IMG/VR virus record: IMGVR_UViG_3300029258_002308
Location: 1-52,636 of that record
Direction: 5' to 3' (one strand)
Source: a virus
Taxonomy: Duplodnaviria; Caudoviricetes
Length of the DNA: 52,636 nt
The position numbers were made by a program, and so were the translations under genes. Shown here piece by piece: positions 17,935-26,865 of this stretch; the first letter of the stretch is position 1, and every line of letters starts with the position of its first letter. The notes beneath the pieces were generated by a model that saw only the letters and a list, made by a program, of their open reading frames with translations, did not search any database and was not told the DNA's origin.

Positions 17935-18393
17935 ATGCTAGGTCAACACGACAAGTGTCCTGAAGACACTGTTTTCAAAAGGCAGTTTCGTTGGGCAGCA
18001 AAATTCAAAAAGAACGAAGAGGTCCTGTACGAAGGCTTCGTGAAAGTGCCCGCTCGACCGAATGTAGAGGAAGAAGAAATCAACTACCTGTGCAAGAAAA
18101 TGTGGATTCCGGGTAAAGCATCCTGGGAACAGATCTCGATCAGCCAATACGGAGTGAAGGATCTGGAAAAATGGCTGAAAGACATTGAAGACCTAAACGA
18201 GGTAGAGTTAGTTCTTTACGATGGCTGCGGTATACCGTTGGAAAAATGGGTTTTACACGAAGCCCGAGTTCCCGGCTTTAGGGTAACGGCCTACTTGGAT
18301 GATCCATATCCTTACAATACGGAAGTAGATATAAGGTACACAAAAGTGGATTTCATTCCTCAAGGGGAAAAGCCACACTTTGACCCTAAATAG
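17935..18393 (+). CDS. T4 gp19-like tail tube protein paralogue
   Basis: 'FKRQFRW', 'ARPNV..EINYL..KMWIPGKASWEQISI', 'LYDGCGIPLEKWVL'. Confidence 0.7.
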   Translation: MLGQHDKCPEDTVFKRQFRWAAKFKKNEEVLYEGFVKVPARPNVEEEEINYLCKKMWIPGKASWEQISISQYGVKDLEKWLKDIEDLNEVELVLYDGCGIPLEKWVLHEARVPGFRVTAYLDDPYPYNTEVDIRYTKVDFIPQGEKPHFDPK

Positions 18394-18396
18394 GGT

Positions 18397-18933
18397 ATGG
18401 ATTTCAAAAACTGGTTAGAACAAGAAAACGACAAGCTTCTAATCCTAATGCGAGGTATCTCAGGTAGCGGGAAATCTACGACCGCCCGACAAATCGCAGC
18501 AGGGAGAGGGGTGATTTTCTCCACCGATGACTACATGGAAGGAGAAGATCTTAATGACTATCGAGCCAATTTTGATATGGTTTCGGAGAAGGGCCTGTTA
18601 CCTCATCTTCACAAAATGAACCAAGAAAGGACCGCCCAAGCCATGAAATCCGGTATTTCTCCCATCATTGTTGATAATACAAACGTCGAGAAATGGCATA
18701 TGGAACCATATGTCAAACTTGCCAAAGATTACGGCTACCGCGTTGAATTTGCTATGTCGCCTTACATGGAAGAACTAGCAAAGCTTCTAGAAGATCAAGA
18801 GGCCAATCATCTTAAGCTCCGCATAGCTGCCCGGCAATTAGCCAAGAGAAATCTCCACGGAATCCCTCCCGATAGAATCATGAACCAACTAGAAAAGTGG
18901 CATCCTGACCCAAAAATTGAGGATTTTAGCTAG
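18397..18933 (+). CDS. P-loop kinase (AAA_33 / N4BP2-like polynucleotide kinase)
   Basis: 'LILMRGISGSGKST', 'FSTDDY', 'IIVDNTN', 'LAKRNLHGIP'; N-terminal MDFKNWLE. Confidence 0.85.
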   Translation: MDFKNWLEQENDKLLILMRGISGSGKSTTARQIAAGRGVIFSTDDYMEGEDLNDYRANFDMVSEKGLLPHLHKMNQERTAQAMKSGISPIIVDNTNVEKWHMEPYVKLAKDYGYRVEFAMSPYMEELAKLLEDQEANHLKLRIAARQLAKRNLHGIPPDRIMNQLEKWHPDPKIEDFS

Positions 18934-18959
18934 CTAGATCGATTTCTAGCTAAATCGTA

Positions 18960-18989
18960 TTGACATTTCCTCCGATCATTTGTTATAAC
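18960..18989 (+). promoter_or_regulatory. sigma70-type promoter for the SSB gene
   Basis: TTGACA-18 nt-TATAAC with extended TG; SD GGAGG downstream. Confidence 0.6.
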
Positions 18990-19026
18990 TAGATCACAAC
19001 CAAGTAACAGACTAACGGAGGTAACT

Positions 19027-19986
19027 ATGTCTAACTTGAATCTGAACGCTCTTCTAGAGGAGCATGCTCGTTTAAAAGAAGAGGACCAACGAGGTAACTT
19101 TCTACAGAACTTCGTAAAGATGCCCGAAGGCAAGGGAAGCGTTACTATTCGGTTACTTCCCCCTGCCGCTGCCGGGATGTTTGGAAGGGACGATAATCCC
19201 TTCTATCAATGGACCCGAATCCATCGCGTTAACAACAAAAGCCTACACGATCCCCGAGTGCTGGTCGATGGAAAATGGGTCGGAAAGAATCCAATCGGAG
19301 ATTATTTGAGATGGCTTTGGAAGGAAGCTGAAAAGGCCGATTCGGATGAAGAATTGAGGATGAAAACCCTTTATCGTCAAATCAAGCCAATCGAAAGATA
19401 CTACTACAATTGCATCGTCAGGAAAGAAGTTGACGAAAACGGCAATGAAAAACCCAATGTCGGCCCGAAGATTCTTTCCGTTGGAAAAACGCTCCATCAG
19501 ATCATTTTGACCGGTATTTGCGGTGACGATGATCTGGGAATCAAGGGTAAGGGTGATGTCACTGACGTGAAGAACGGCTATGACTTCAGGATTATGAAGA
19601 CGATCAGACGGTCGGGTGACGATACCTTCCCCAATTACGATCAATCTCGTTTTGTTGACGAAGCTAGTCCTCTTGGTACTCCCGAAGAGGTTGAAAAGTG
19701 GCTCGCCAACCTCAATGATCTCGTTGCTCTGCGGGTCCTCAAGACTCCTGAAGAACTGGAGCATGAACTTCAATGCCATCTCGGCCTGAAGCAAGATAGC
19801 TCTACCGATTTCGACCCGACCAAGTTCCAGAAAGTCAAAGAGCCGGAAGTCGTGGTGGAAAAGACAGTGACTACTGTTGATGAGACCCCTGAAGCGGATG
19901 CTCCAACAGAATCGGATACGGACGGTTCGGAAGAACTGGCTGCCGAGGATTTTGTGGCTCGGATCAAAAATCTTCCCACATCGTAA
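19027..19986 (+). CDS. Single-stranded DNA-binding protein (T4 gp32-like)
   Basis: 'IRLLP', 'RYYYNCIVR', 'PKILSVGK', 'GYDFRIMK', 'FPNYDQSRF', acidic tail. Confidence 0.8.
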   Translation: MSNLNLNALLEEHARLKEEDQRGNFLQNFVKMPEGKGSVTIRLLPPAAAGMFGRDDNPFYQWTRIHRVNNKSLHDPRVLVDGKWVGKNPIGDYLRWLWKEAEKADSDEELRMKTLYRQIKPIERYYYNCIVRKEVDENGNEKPNVGPKILSVGKTLHQIILTGICGDDDLGIKGKGDVTDVKNGYDFRIMKTIRRSGDDTFPNYDQSRFVDEASPLGTPEEVEKWLANLNDLVALRVLKTPEELEHELQCHLGLKQDSSTDFDPTKFQKVKEPEVVVEKTVTTVDETPEADAPTESDTDGSEELAAEDFVARIKNLPTS

Positions 19987-19995
19987 CTTTGTATG

Positions 19996-20032
19996 AGGCC
20001 CACTCCCGCCGCAGGCGGGAGTGGGCCTTTTT
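19996..20032 (+). terminator. Rho-independent terminator
   Basis: Perfect 15-bp stem AGGCCCACTCCCGCC-gca-GGCGGGAGTGGGCCT then TTTT. Confidence 0.85.
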
Positions 20033-20056
20033 CGAATTACAACCAGGAGATTTCCA

Positions 20057-20245
20057 ATGATTGACCTTAAAAAGTTTGGGGCCAAGGCGGTAACGATTCT
20101 TCCTGATTCGGTCATTCGGATTCAAAATTCCGACAAGGAAATAGAAATAAAGTTGTCGAAAGAAATCACAATCAAAGGTGGGAAATTTAGCCAGCAGATA
20201 GCGATACAAGGAGAGATATTGAAAGAAATGGAGAAAGAAAAATGA
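20057..20245 (+). CDS. Small hypothetical protein
   Basis: AGGAG SD; ATGA overlap with the next gene. Confidence 0.55.
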   Translation: MIDLKKFGAKAVTILPDSVIRIQNSDKEIEIKLSKEITIKGGKFSQQIAIQGEILKEMEKEK

Positions 20246-20433
20246 AATTGATAGGCTACTTCATGTGCGGTATCGGCGGTGCGATGCTGGGGATCGTACT
20301 AAATCAACTTGAGGCCTCGGGATATCAATGGATTATAGGTCTTGGAGGTCTCGTTATAGCTCAGTTGGGTATAGGGGTCATTGTTATAGGTGGACAAATC
20401 GAAAGAGAACTCAAAAAGGAGAATAATGGCTAG
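20242..20433 (+). CDS. Small two-helix membrane protein
   Basis: Two hydrophobic Gly-rich stretches. Confidence 0.6.
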   Translation: MKLIGYFMCGIGGAMLGIVLNQLEASGYQWIIGLGGLVIAQLGIGVIVIGGQIERELKKENNG

Positions 20434-21613
20434 GAAAAAGAAAACTGACGAGGATTTTTTGGCGGAAATCGCTGAAGCGACTGGTGGTGAGACACTAGAA
20501 GAGGCGGGTCGAGTTCCCTACTGGATTGACTCTGGGAACTTGGCTTTGAATTTTACCTGTAGTGGGAAATTCATAGGAGGTGGATTTCCTGGTGGCAAAA
20601 TCGTCGAGGCATTTGGTCCTGAATCATCCGGCAAATCACTTGTTGGATATTGCTTTTTAGGGGCAGTACAACGAATGAAGGGCATTGGAGTTTGGTTAGA
20701 TTGCGAGCGTTCGGCTAATGCCGAATTTGCGTCCAGATGTGGTCACGTTAATCCTAAAACGCTTCCCGTTTATTATCCTATCACACTCGAAAATTGTGAG
20801 TTCACGATTATCGAGGTAGTCAAGGCTATTCGCGAGCATTACGGTCCCGACAAAGTTATTGGTATTGTTTGGGACAGCATTGGTGTCAATCCCACCAAGC
20901 GAGAATGGTTGGAAACAGATCTCCCGGAAAATCCCACTGCTGAACAACTTAAGAGGATCGGCGGGAATGAACGTCCTGGGGAGCGAGCTAGAAAGGCCAA
21001 CGGCATATTGAGAAAGCTGAATCCGTTCCTCAATGACATGAAGGCTACAATTTACATTGTCAATCAGGAGCGTAAGAAGATTGGTGTGCTTGTAGGTCCT
21101 AATACAACAACCAGTGGTGGTGGTGAAGCTTTGAAATATTATGCTTCTCTAAGGTTGCGGATGGGGGCACCCAAGGAATTTGTCCACAAAACCACGAAAT
21201 TCCCGTTGGGCGTCAATATGAAAATCAAGAACAAGAAGAATCGACATTTTACACCGGGTCTTCTGGCCGAGGACATTCCGTTGTTCTTTAACTCGGGCAT
21301 TCATCCTTTGGGTGGTTTGCTTCATGCTTTGGTCCTTTCGGGTCGTGTTACCGCCAAAAGTGGTGGTAATTACACCATTCAGGAACCTTGGGCCGGTGGC
21401 GAAACCATCAAGTTTAAAGCCACGCTTTCCAAACCCATGGAACCTGAACCACTTTTAAAATGCCCTGCCATGGTTGATGCCGATTCGCCTGAACAAATTC
21501 GAAGCTATCTTGACGAATGGCAGCAGTCTATCTCAACCTTGGATACCGCCGAGGAAATTGATGCGGGTAGTGATGTTGACCACCTTCTTGGAGATGATGT
21601 TAAAAATGGATAA
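20426..21613 (+). CDS. recA: RecA/UvsX recombinase
   Basis: 'IDSGNLALN', 'EAFGPESSGKS', 'VWDS', 'IVNQER', 'TTSGGGEALKYYASLRL'. Confidence 0.93.
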   Translation: MARKKKTDEDFLAEIAEATGGETLEEAGRVPYWIDSGNLALNFTCSGKFIGGGFPGGKIVEAFGPESSGKSLVGYCFLGAVQRMKGIGVWLDCERSANAEFASRCGHVNPKTLPVYYPITLENCEFTIIEVVKAIREHYGPDKVIGIVWDSIGVNPTKREWLETDLPENPTAEQLKRIGGNERPGERARKANGILRKLNPFLNDMKATIYIVNQERKKIGVLVGPNTTTSGGGEALKYYASLRLRMGAPKEFVHKTTKFPLGVNMKIKNKKNRHFTPGLLAEDIPLFFNSGIHPLGGLLHALVLSGRVTAKSGGNYTIQEPWAGGETIKFKATLSKPMEPEPLLKCPAMVDADSPEQIRSYLDEWQQSISTLDTAEEIDAGSDVDHLLGDDVKNG

Positions 21614-21800
21614 ACAACAAAAAGCTTTTCCGGGAACTCTGTCAAGACCTGACGGCGGAATGGATCTGCGGGACTATTTTGCAGCGGCGGTCATTACCGG
21701 CATTATGCCCGACAATGTTTTAGACATTGATAAAGTGTTCGAAGCCGCCAATAATGCCTATAAAATCGCTGATGCGATGATAGAAGCACGGGAAAAATGA
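21606..21800 (+). CDS. Conserved small phage protein (GMxLRDYFA family)
   Basis: 'AFP...GMDLRDYFAAA...AYKIADAMIEAR'. Confidence 0.75.
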   Translation: MDKQQKAFPGTLSRPDGGMDLRDYFAAAVITGIMPDNVLDIDKVFEAANNAYKIADAMIEAREK

Positions 21801-22081
21801 ACCGGATCAAAATTGCAATTTGGTACTGCGTATTTTTAGTGATTGGTCTCATGGTTGGCTCCTATTGGGGCCAACAACGGGCCCATAATCAACCCGGAGC
21901 GACCGCCGACACAATTACCTTGGTTCGGCCACCGATTGTTCCGGGTCGCAAGTGGATTTTGATACATGCTTATTGGGAACACGTCCCTAAAAACTCGCCC
22001 TACTACGACTTTTATCGTGAGGAGCCATACAAAGGTGACATTAAATCTAGGGATTGGGGAAATGCTAAGGTAATACCTTGA
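21797..22081 (+). CDS. Hypothetical protein with N-terminal membrane anchor
   Basis: Hydrophobic N-terminus; overlaps both neighbours. Confidence 0.6.
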   Translation: MNRIKIAIWYCVFLVIGLMVGSYWGQQRAHNQPGATADTITLVRPPIVPGRKWILIHAYWEHVPKNSPYYDFYREEPYKGDIKSRDWGNAKVIP

Positions 22082-22622
22082 GTCTTGAAAGTTTAGAAAA
22101 ATTCATGGTCATTATCGAACGATTTGAAAAAGAACCCGATTTCTTTTTGCGGTGTGGTGTTGCAATAAGAGAGGCTATCAATTGGGCTATTGATAGAACA
22201 AGAACGGGTCGTAGATACATCCATCAACTTGAAAAAACCGAAAAAACTGCAATTGGGACCAAGGTAGAGATTTTACTAAAAAAACTTTTCCCCTTAGCAG
22301 GGGCTCAATTTTTGATTGTAAAATAGCTAAAGTTGAGTTCGATATAAAATTCACCATCCACAACAATTGGTCAATTCCTCCAGAAACATACAACAGAGCA
22401 GGACTTTGCTTATTGGCAAAATCAAATGATGAACAATTTTCGTTGGGGCTTTTTGAGGCAAAGAAAGATTACCTTACGAAAGGCGAAAATCGTGATAAAA
22501 AACTAACGATAAGCAAGAAAGGCAAAAACCGAATTGTTTGGTTTATTCAAGACGAACCGCTTCCTAAAAAACAGCGAAAACAAAAACTCAATCTACATCA
22601 AATGACTTTATTTGGAACATAA
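22078..22622 (+). pseudogene. NaeI-family restriction endonuclease domain, split by a -1 frameshift
   Basis: 'LEKTEKTAIGTKVEI', then in the -1 frame 'RGSIFDCKIAKVEFDIKF..WSIPPE..LCLL..ENRDKK'; junction best placed at the A7 run 22278-22284. Confidence 0.75.
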
Positions 22623-22952
22623 ATGAAACTAATTTATTTAGAATCCCCCTTCGCAGGCGAGGTCTGTCGCAACATAAAGTATGCGAGAGCAGCAATGGCC
22701 GATAGTCTGCGAAGGGGCGAATTTCCTTTTGCCTCACATCTCCTATACACCCAGGAAGGGATCTTGGACGACACGATTCCCGAGGAACGGAAGATGGGGA
22801 TGGAGGCTGGATTCGCTTTTGCCAAGAAATGTGACGCATCCGTTTTTTATACTGACTTAGGCATAAGCGACGGCATGAAAGAGGGAATCGAAAGAGCCAA
22901 GGAAGCTGGGCGGGAAATTGAGTACAGGACTTTACCCGAGTGGAACGAATAG
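22623..22952 (+). CDS. Nucleoside 2-deoxyribosyltransferase-like phage protein
   Basis: 'YLESPFAG..RNIKYAR..GEFPFASHLLY..LDD..EER..G..GISDGMKEGI'. Confidence 0.7.
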   Translation: MKLIYLESPFAGEVCRNIKYARAAMADSLRRGEFPFASHLLYTQEGILDDTIPEERKMGMEAGFAFAKKCDASVFYTDLGISDGMKEGIERAKEAGREIEYRTLPEWNE

Positions 22953-23461
22953 AGAGCCTAGATGATTTGGTACAAGAGTTTATCACCAGAGATTTTCTTT
23001 GGAGCTTGCCTGACAAAGAATTTGGCATCATCATGTCTCCGATTGCGGAACGCTATGTAGCCAATCTTTTTAATTCTGAATTTGGGACGAAGTTCAAAAT
23101 AATCAATGGTAGGCATTATGACTTGGTAGACCCGAATATGATTCGACATCAAGTCAAGTTCAGAAAAGCCAAAGGCCGCACCCCCTACAGCCAACAACTC
23201 TACACGCACAATTGGCGACAGAAGTTGCAATACGGGGCGAAAGATTTCGACATTATGACTTTCGTCATTTGCCACAAGAATAAAAGGGAACCCAAAGACT
23301 GGTGCTTGTCAACGATCCCGGCCTACAAGTGCATTGATCCGAATAACAGGAAAAAACTTCTCAAGAACATCCCCGCGAAGTTGTTGAAATGGGGACAGGA
23401 TTGGAAGAAGAGGTTCGGTCACTATCTTAAAACAAAACACAAAAAGAGAGTAAACGCATGA
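22940..23461 (+). CDS. Putative PD-(D/E)XK restriction-like nuclease
   Basis: 'AERYVA', 'YDLV...RHQVKFR', 'DFDIMTFV'. Confidence 0.45.
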   Translation: MERIESLDDLVQEFITRDFLWSLPDKEFGIIMSPIAERYVANLFNSEFGTKFKIINGRHYDLVDPNMIRHQVKFRKAKGRTPYSQQLYTHNWRQKLQYGAKDFDIMTFVICHKNKREPKDWCLSTIPAYKCIDPNNRKKLLKNIPAKLLKWGQDWKKRFGHYLKTKHKKRVNA

Positions 23462-23655
23462 AAATTCCAAGGCCAGGGCCGCTTGTCTGGAAAATTGTAG
23501 CGATCATTTGGGTTATAGGCAGTGTAGCTAGACTTATTGCAAATAAGCCGTTTACTCATTGGGGTATAGCTCTTTTGATTGCCCTCGGCTGTTTCATAAT
23601 GGCCGACTTACAACAACTCATAGAATACCAGGAGAAAAGAGATGAAGAGACGTAA
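23458..23655 (+). CDS. Small membrane protein
   Basis: Two hydrophobic helices. Confidence 0.6.
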   Translation: MKIPRPGPLVWKIVAIIWVIGSVARLIANKPFTHWGIALLIALGCFIMADLQQLIEYQEKRDEET

Positions 23656-24064
23656 TTTTCTAGGTGCTTTTGGGGCCTTATTTGCCGTTCCGCTTTTATC
23701 GATCAAAAGCAAAGCATATGGCAATTCCCCTAAGGCAAAGACTGACAATTTTTTAGAAACAATCACAACAATGAGCGACAATTGGACTACCATTTTTTGG
23801 TGTAAACCTTCGAAAAATTCTGCGACTATTTTCACTGCCCTTATTTGCGGGAAAAGAATTGGCGAGTTTGGCGTAGGAAGCTTTAAATTGGAAGGAACTT
23901 TCTCGAAAGATGGTACGAAACGTAATTTTTCCACGACTTATCATAATACCGGCTACCAAGTCAAAACCAACTTAAAAAATGGTCTTTTTTCCATCGAGGT
24001 ACAAGGTGCAAAAGACCATATTGTTGATTGGGTCTGTGAATACCATGGAACAACGGTTTACTAA
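23642..24064 (+). CDS. Hypothetical protein with twin-arginine-like signal
   Basis: 'MKRRNFLGAFGALFA'. Confidence 0.6.
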   Translation: MKRRNFLGAFGALFAVPLLSIKSKAYGNSPKAKTDNFLETITTMSDNWTTIFWCKPSKNSATIFTALICGKRIGEFGVGSFKLEGTFSKDGTKRNFSTTYHNTGYQVKTNLKNGLFSIEVQGAKDHIVDWVCEYHGTTVY

Positions 24065-24249
24065 TGAATATTAAAAAAGAAGCATGTTGGGTGGCTGCCA
24101 TAACACTTATCACTCTAGTAATAGCAACTTTGGTTTTTGATATTGGGAATACCATGATTTTTATATTCATTGCCGCCCAATTAGCAGGTCTGAATGTTTT
24201 CATCGGAAGCATAGCGAGACACCTGGAGGAAGAAAAGAAGAATGAATGA
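24064..24249 (+). CDS. Small membrane protein
   Basis: Two hydrophobic helices. Confidence 0.55.
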   Translation: MNIKKEACWVAAITLITLVIATLVFDIGNTMIFIFIAAQLAGLNVFIGSIARHLEEEKKNE

Positions 24250-24502
24250 ACGACAAAGAATTTTAGAAATAAGCAAGAATGTCACAATTTCAGTATTAGA
24301 GCAAACCATGGCGGCCTTCATCGAAGCCACCACTCTAATGACAGACGAGGAACGAGGAATTTTGACGAAAATGATAACCGATCATAGCGACGAAAACGTC
24401 GAAATGATAGCCAAGCAGCCCGATCAGGTTGCTTTTCTGAGGATGTTGGCCTCGTATACTTGGGGACAAATTTTGGTGGGATTAGCCGATCAGACCAATT
24501 GA
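24242..24502 (+). CDS. Hypothetical protein
   Basis: Coupled ORF. Confidence 0.55.
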   Translation: MNERQRILEISKNVTISVLEQTMAAFIEATTLMTDEERGILTKMITDHSDENVEMIAKQPDQVAFLRMLASYTWGQILVGLADQTN

Positions 24503-24957
24503 TACTCGCCTCGCTTGACTTTTTTGATTTCGTAGCCCTCTTCAATCAACTGCTTCCGCACGGCTGTAAAGTGATTGCAAAAACAGGCCAGACTAAGATT
24601 GTATCGCTTGTATCGTTGGGCCAAATCGGATAATCGGACTATTTTTCCCTTAAGGAGTTGTTTTTTGATCCATCGCCGGATGATCTTCGCATCGTGCCGC
24701 ATTTTGGACCGGCATCGGCTAATTCTAGGTACACGGACTTCTAGGATCTCAAAACTAGGTTTTTTGATCTGAGTCGAATCATCGCAGACGCTATTCGCCA
24801 GGGAAATTAGGTCCAGAACCTCCTCGTCGGTTCTAACTATAGACATTTCCGCGTCGAAGGCCTTGGAGAACTCGATCAATTGGTTGTAGTTCTTTTTGTC
24901 GGTGAAGAACTTCCGCTTGTCCTTCAACTCTATCATTAGACATTTTCTTCTAGGCAT
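24490..24957 (-). CDS. Basic hypothetical protein, possible C-terminal winged helix
   Basis: AGAGG SD; 'VRKQLIEEGYEIKKVKRGEY'. Confidence 0.65.
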   Translation of the reverse strand: MPRRKCLMIELKDKRKFFTDKKNYNQLIEFSKAFDAEMSIVRTDEEVLDLISLANSVCDDSTQIKKPSFEILEVRVPRISRCRSKMRHDAKIIRRWIKKQLLKGKIVRLSDLAQRYKRYNLSLACFCNHFTAVRKQLIEEGYEIKKVKRGEYQLV

Positions 24958-25119
24958 GGAAATCCTCTTCTGAGATGTCTCTTGTCTAATTTTACTAGAT
25001 CAGCTATACTAGATTCAAGAGATGAACGTGAAAAATAGGAAAGGTACGCAAATCTATATAGACCACTCGCATCAGTTTTCCAGGCCGTACCCTAAGTTAA
25101 GATAGTAATACTATATAAA

Positions 25120-25581
25120 ATGATGATATACCTAGAAAAACCCGAGCAAATATTCGAAAATCTTCGCAGAGTGGCCGATCACTTAATACCGTATAATTTC
25201 CCCCTGGCGGCTATGGAACTTGAAGACGATATTGGGACCCTCAAACGGATGGCATTGACAGTCGATGGGTACGATGTCGTAGTCTGCTTTAACAAAGCTG
25301 ATTACGAAGATTATTACCTTGAAGTCTTCCAAGTGTTTTCCCGATACTCAATCTATTTGCCCTTTCATTTGGTTGTAAAGATGGCATGTAGTATGCTAGG
25401 CAATCAGCATCTCTCATTCATCGAGTTCTACCAAGATAATCGTAAAGTTTACTGCTGGTCCGTTTGTGTGGACGATAGTGGAAAACCCATTCCCTCTCAA
25501 ACCGAAGGTGAAGGTGTATCAAAACGATACGAAGGCTTGGAATACAAGCAGATGCACCCCAGTCAAATCAACCTGTATTAA
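25120..25581 (+). CDS. Hypothetical protein
   Basis: 153-aa ORF preceded by CTATATA. Confidence 0.7.
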   Translation: MMIYLEKPEQIFENLRRVADHLIPYNFPLAAMELEDDIGTLKRMALTVDGYDVVVCFNKADYEDYYLEVFQVFSRYSIYLPFHLVVKMACSMLGNQHLSFIEFYQDNRKVYCWSVCVDDSGKPIPSQTEGEGVSKRYEGLEYKQMHPSQINLY

Positions 25582-25953
25582 ATGTTTGGCGATTTCTACA
25601 ACGCAACAAACATGATGGATTTCTGGCGTCGTTGGAACCCAGGAATGGTCCGCACGATAAGGCTTTTGCACCTTAATCTGAGAAGAATTATGCCCCTTTG
25701 GGTCTCTTTGTTCATTCTCTTTTTGGTGAATGGGCTCCTTCACGATCTGGGCCTCTGGATCTTTTGTTTCTTCACGGGAGCCAGATTTATCCCCATGTTC
25801 ACGGTCATTTTTTTGGTGGCTCTTTTAACAATCTATCTGGAAAAGAAAACCGGAATTTCCAAGTGGCAACATTCCGTGGGAAGGGCATATGTGCTGTGTT
25901 GGTGGTTCGCCCTCTATCTTTTGTTGGCTTTTTTAGGCATTAGTAGCGTATAG
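25582..25953 (+). CDS. Minimal MBOAT-like membrane O-acyltransferase fragment
   Basis: 'FYNATNMMDFWRRWN' and 'FLVNGLLHD' with hydrophobic helices. Confidence 0.6.
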   Translation: MFGDFYNATNMMDFWRRWNPGMVRTIRLLHLNLRRIMPLWVSLFILFLVNGLLHDLGLWIFCFFTGARFIPMFTVIFLVALLTIYLEKKTGISKWQHSVGRAYVLCWWFALYLLLAFLGISSV

Positions 25954-26007
25954 CTCGAAATACTAACCGTAAATATTTTAGTCCCTTTTTTACGGAGGTT
26001 TCGAGCT

Positions 26008-26298
26008 ATGGCAATCAATAGATTACAATATGTTCTCATTACCCAATTGCTGCAAGAAGGAGAAGTGGAACTCATCCTGCCCGATGGAATGGAATTGAGA
26101 GTTGGCATTACGCAAGAAGGGAAACACGGCCCGGAATTTACAGATGACTATTGTTGGATTACCGCCTCCCAAGGCGATAGATCGATCTCAATGGACTCGT
26201 ACAACCTAAACTTAGAATTTCCGCACAACAAAATCATGTGTGAAAACGATTTTGAAGATGATGAAGGGCAAGAAATGACTGTAGTAGAAGTCATATAG
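26008..26298 (+). CDS. Hypothetical protein
   Basis: GGAGG SD; 96-aa ORF. Confidence 0.65.
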   Translation: MAINRLQYVLITQLLQEGEVELILPDGMELRVGITQEGKHGPEFTDDYCWITASQGDRSISMDSYNLNLEFPHNKIMCENDFEDDEGQEMTVVEVI

Positions 26299-26578
26299 TT
26301 TGCATGTGTCGAAGACTTCCATTATTGAGGAGATAAGCTTCGCTTGTCATATTGACTTCTTCGTTTCGATCTGCTAGATTGATTATGGATTCAATCCATA
26401 GAAGGAACCCATCTTCTTTCAATTCGAAACGAGACAAGGTCACCCTTTGAACCCTGATGTTTTCGGTGATGAAATGTTCTTTCGCAATTTTGGCTACGAA
26501 CGTGATAAGCTCCCGAGCATCAATAAATTCGGCCCATTTTGCTATTAAGATTTTTTCTAGTTTTTCGATGTTAATCAT
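26291..26578 (-). CDS. Hypothetical protein
   Basis: 95-aa ORF filling the gap between plus-strand genes. Confidence 0.6.
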   Translation of the reverse strand: MINIEKLEKILIAKWAEFIDARELITFVAKIAKEHFITENIRVQRVTLSRFELKEDGFLLWIESIINLADRNEEVNMTSEAYLLNNGSLRHMQTI

Positions 26579-26590
26579 GGTGAGGTAAAA

Positions 26591-26848
26591 ATGAAAAAAA
26601 CTGCTTCCTTGGTAAGAGAGTACGTGCGTGAGCTTTCAGACGAGAATCTGAATGACATCATGCAAAAGTGGAGTCAGAAACTAGGTGGGGATTACGCTAG
26701 CCTTGCTTATTTTTTTCAAAAAAACCGAGCGATTGATGATCTGTTACGATCCGCCCAAAGTGCCGAAGAATGGTTTGATTTGGTGGATTTCATCGGTGAA
26801 GCAACCAATCGCGAATTAAAAAATAGAGGAGAACCCGTAGAAGCATAA
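26591..26848 (+). CDS. Hypothetical protein
   Basis: GAGGT SD. Confidence 0.65.
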   Translation: MKKTASLVREYVRELSDENLNDIMQKWSQKLGGDYASLAYFFQKNRAIDDLLRSAQSAEEWFDLVDFIGEATNRELKNRGEPVEA

Positions 26849-26865
26849 GAATAGGAGATGATGCG

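Noticed and set aside
19243-20115. 290-aa minus-strand ORF
   Set aside because: Antisense to the SSB gene, crosses its terminator, no recognisable motifs
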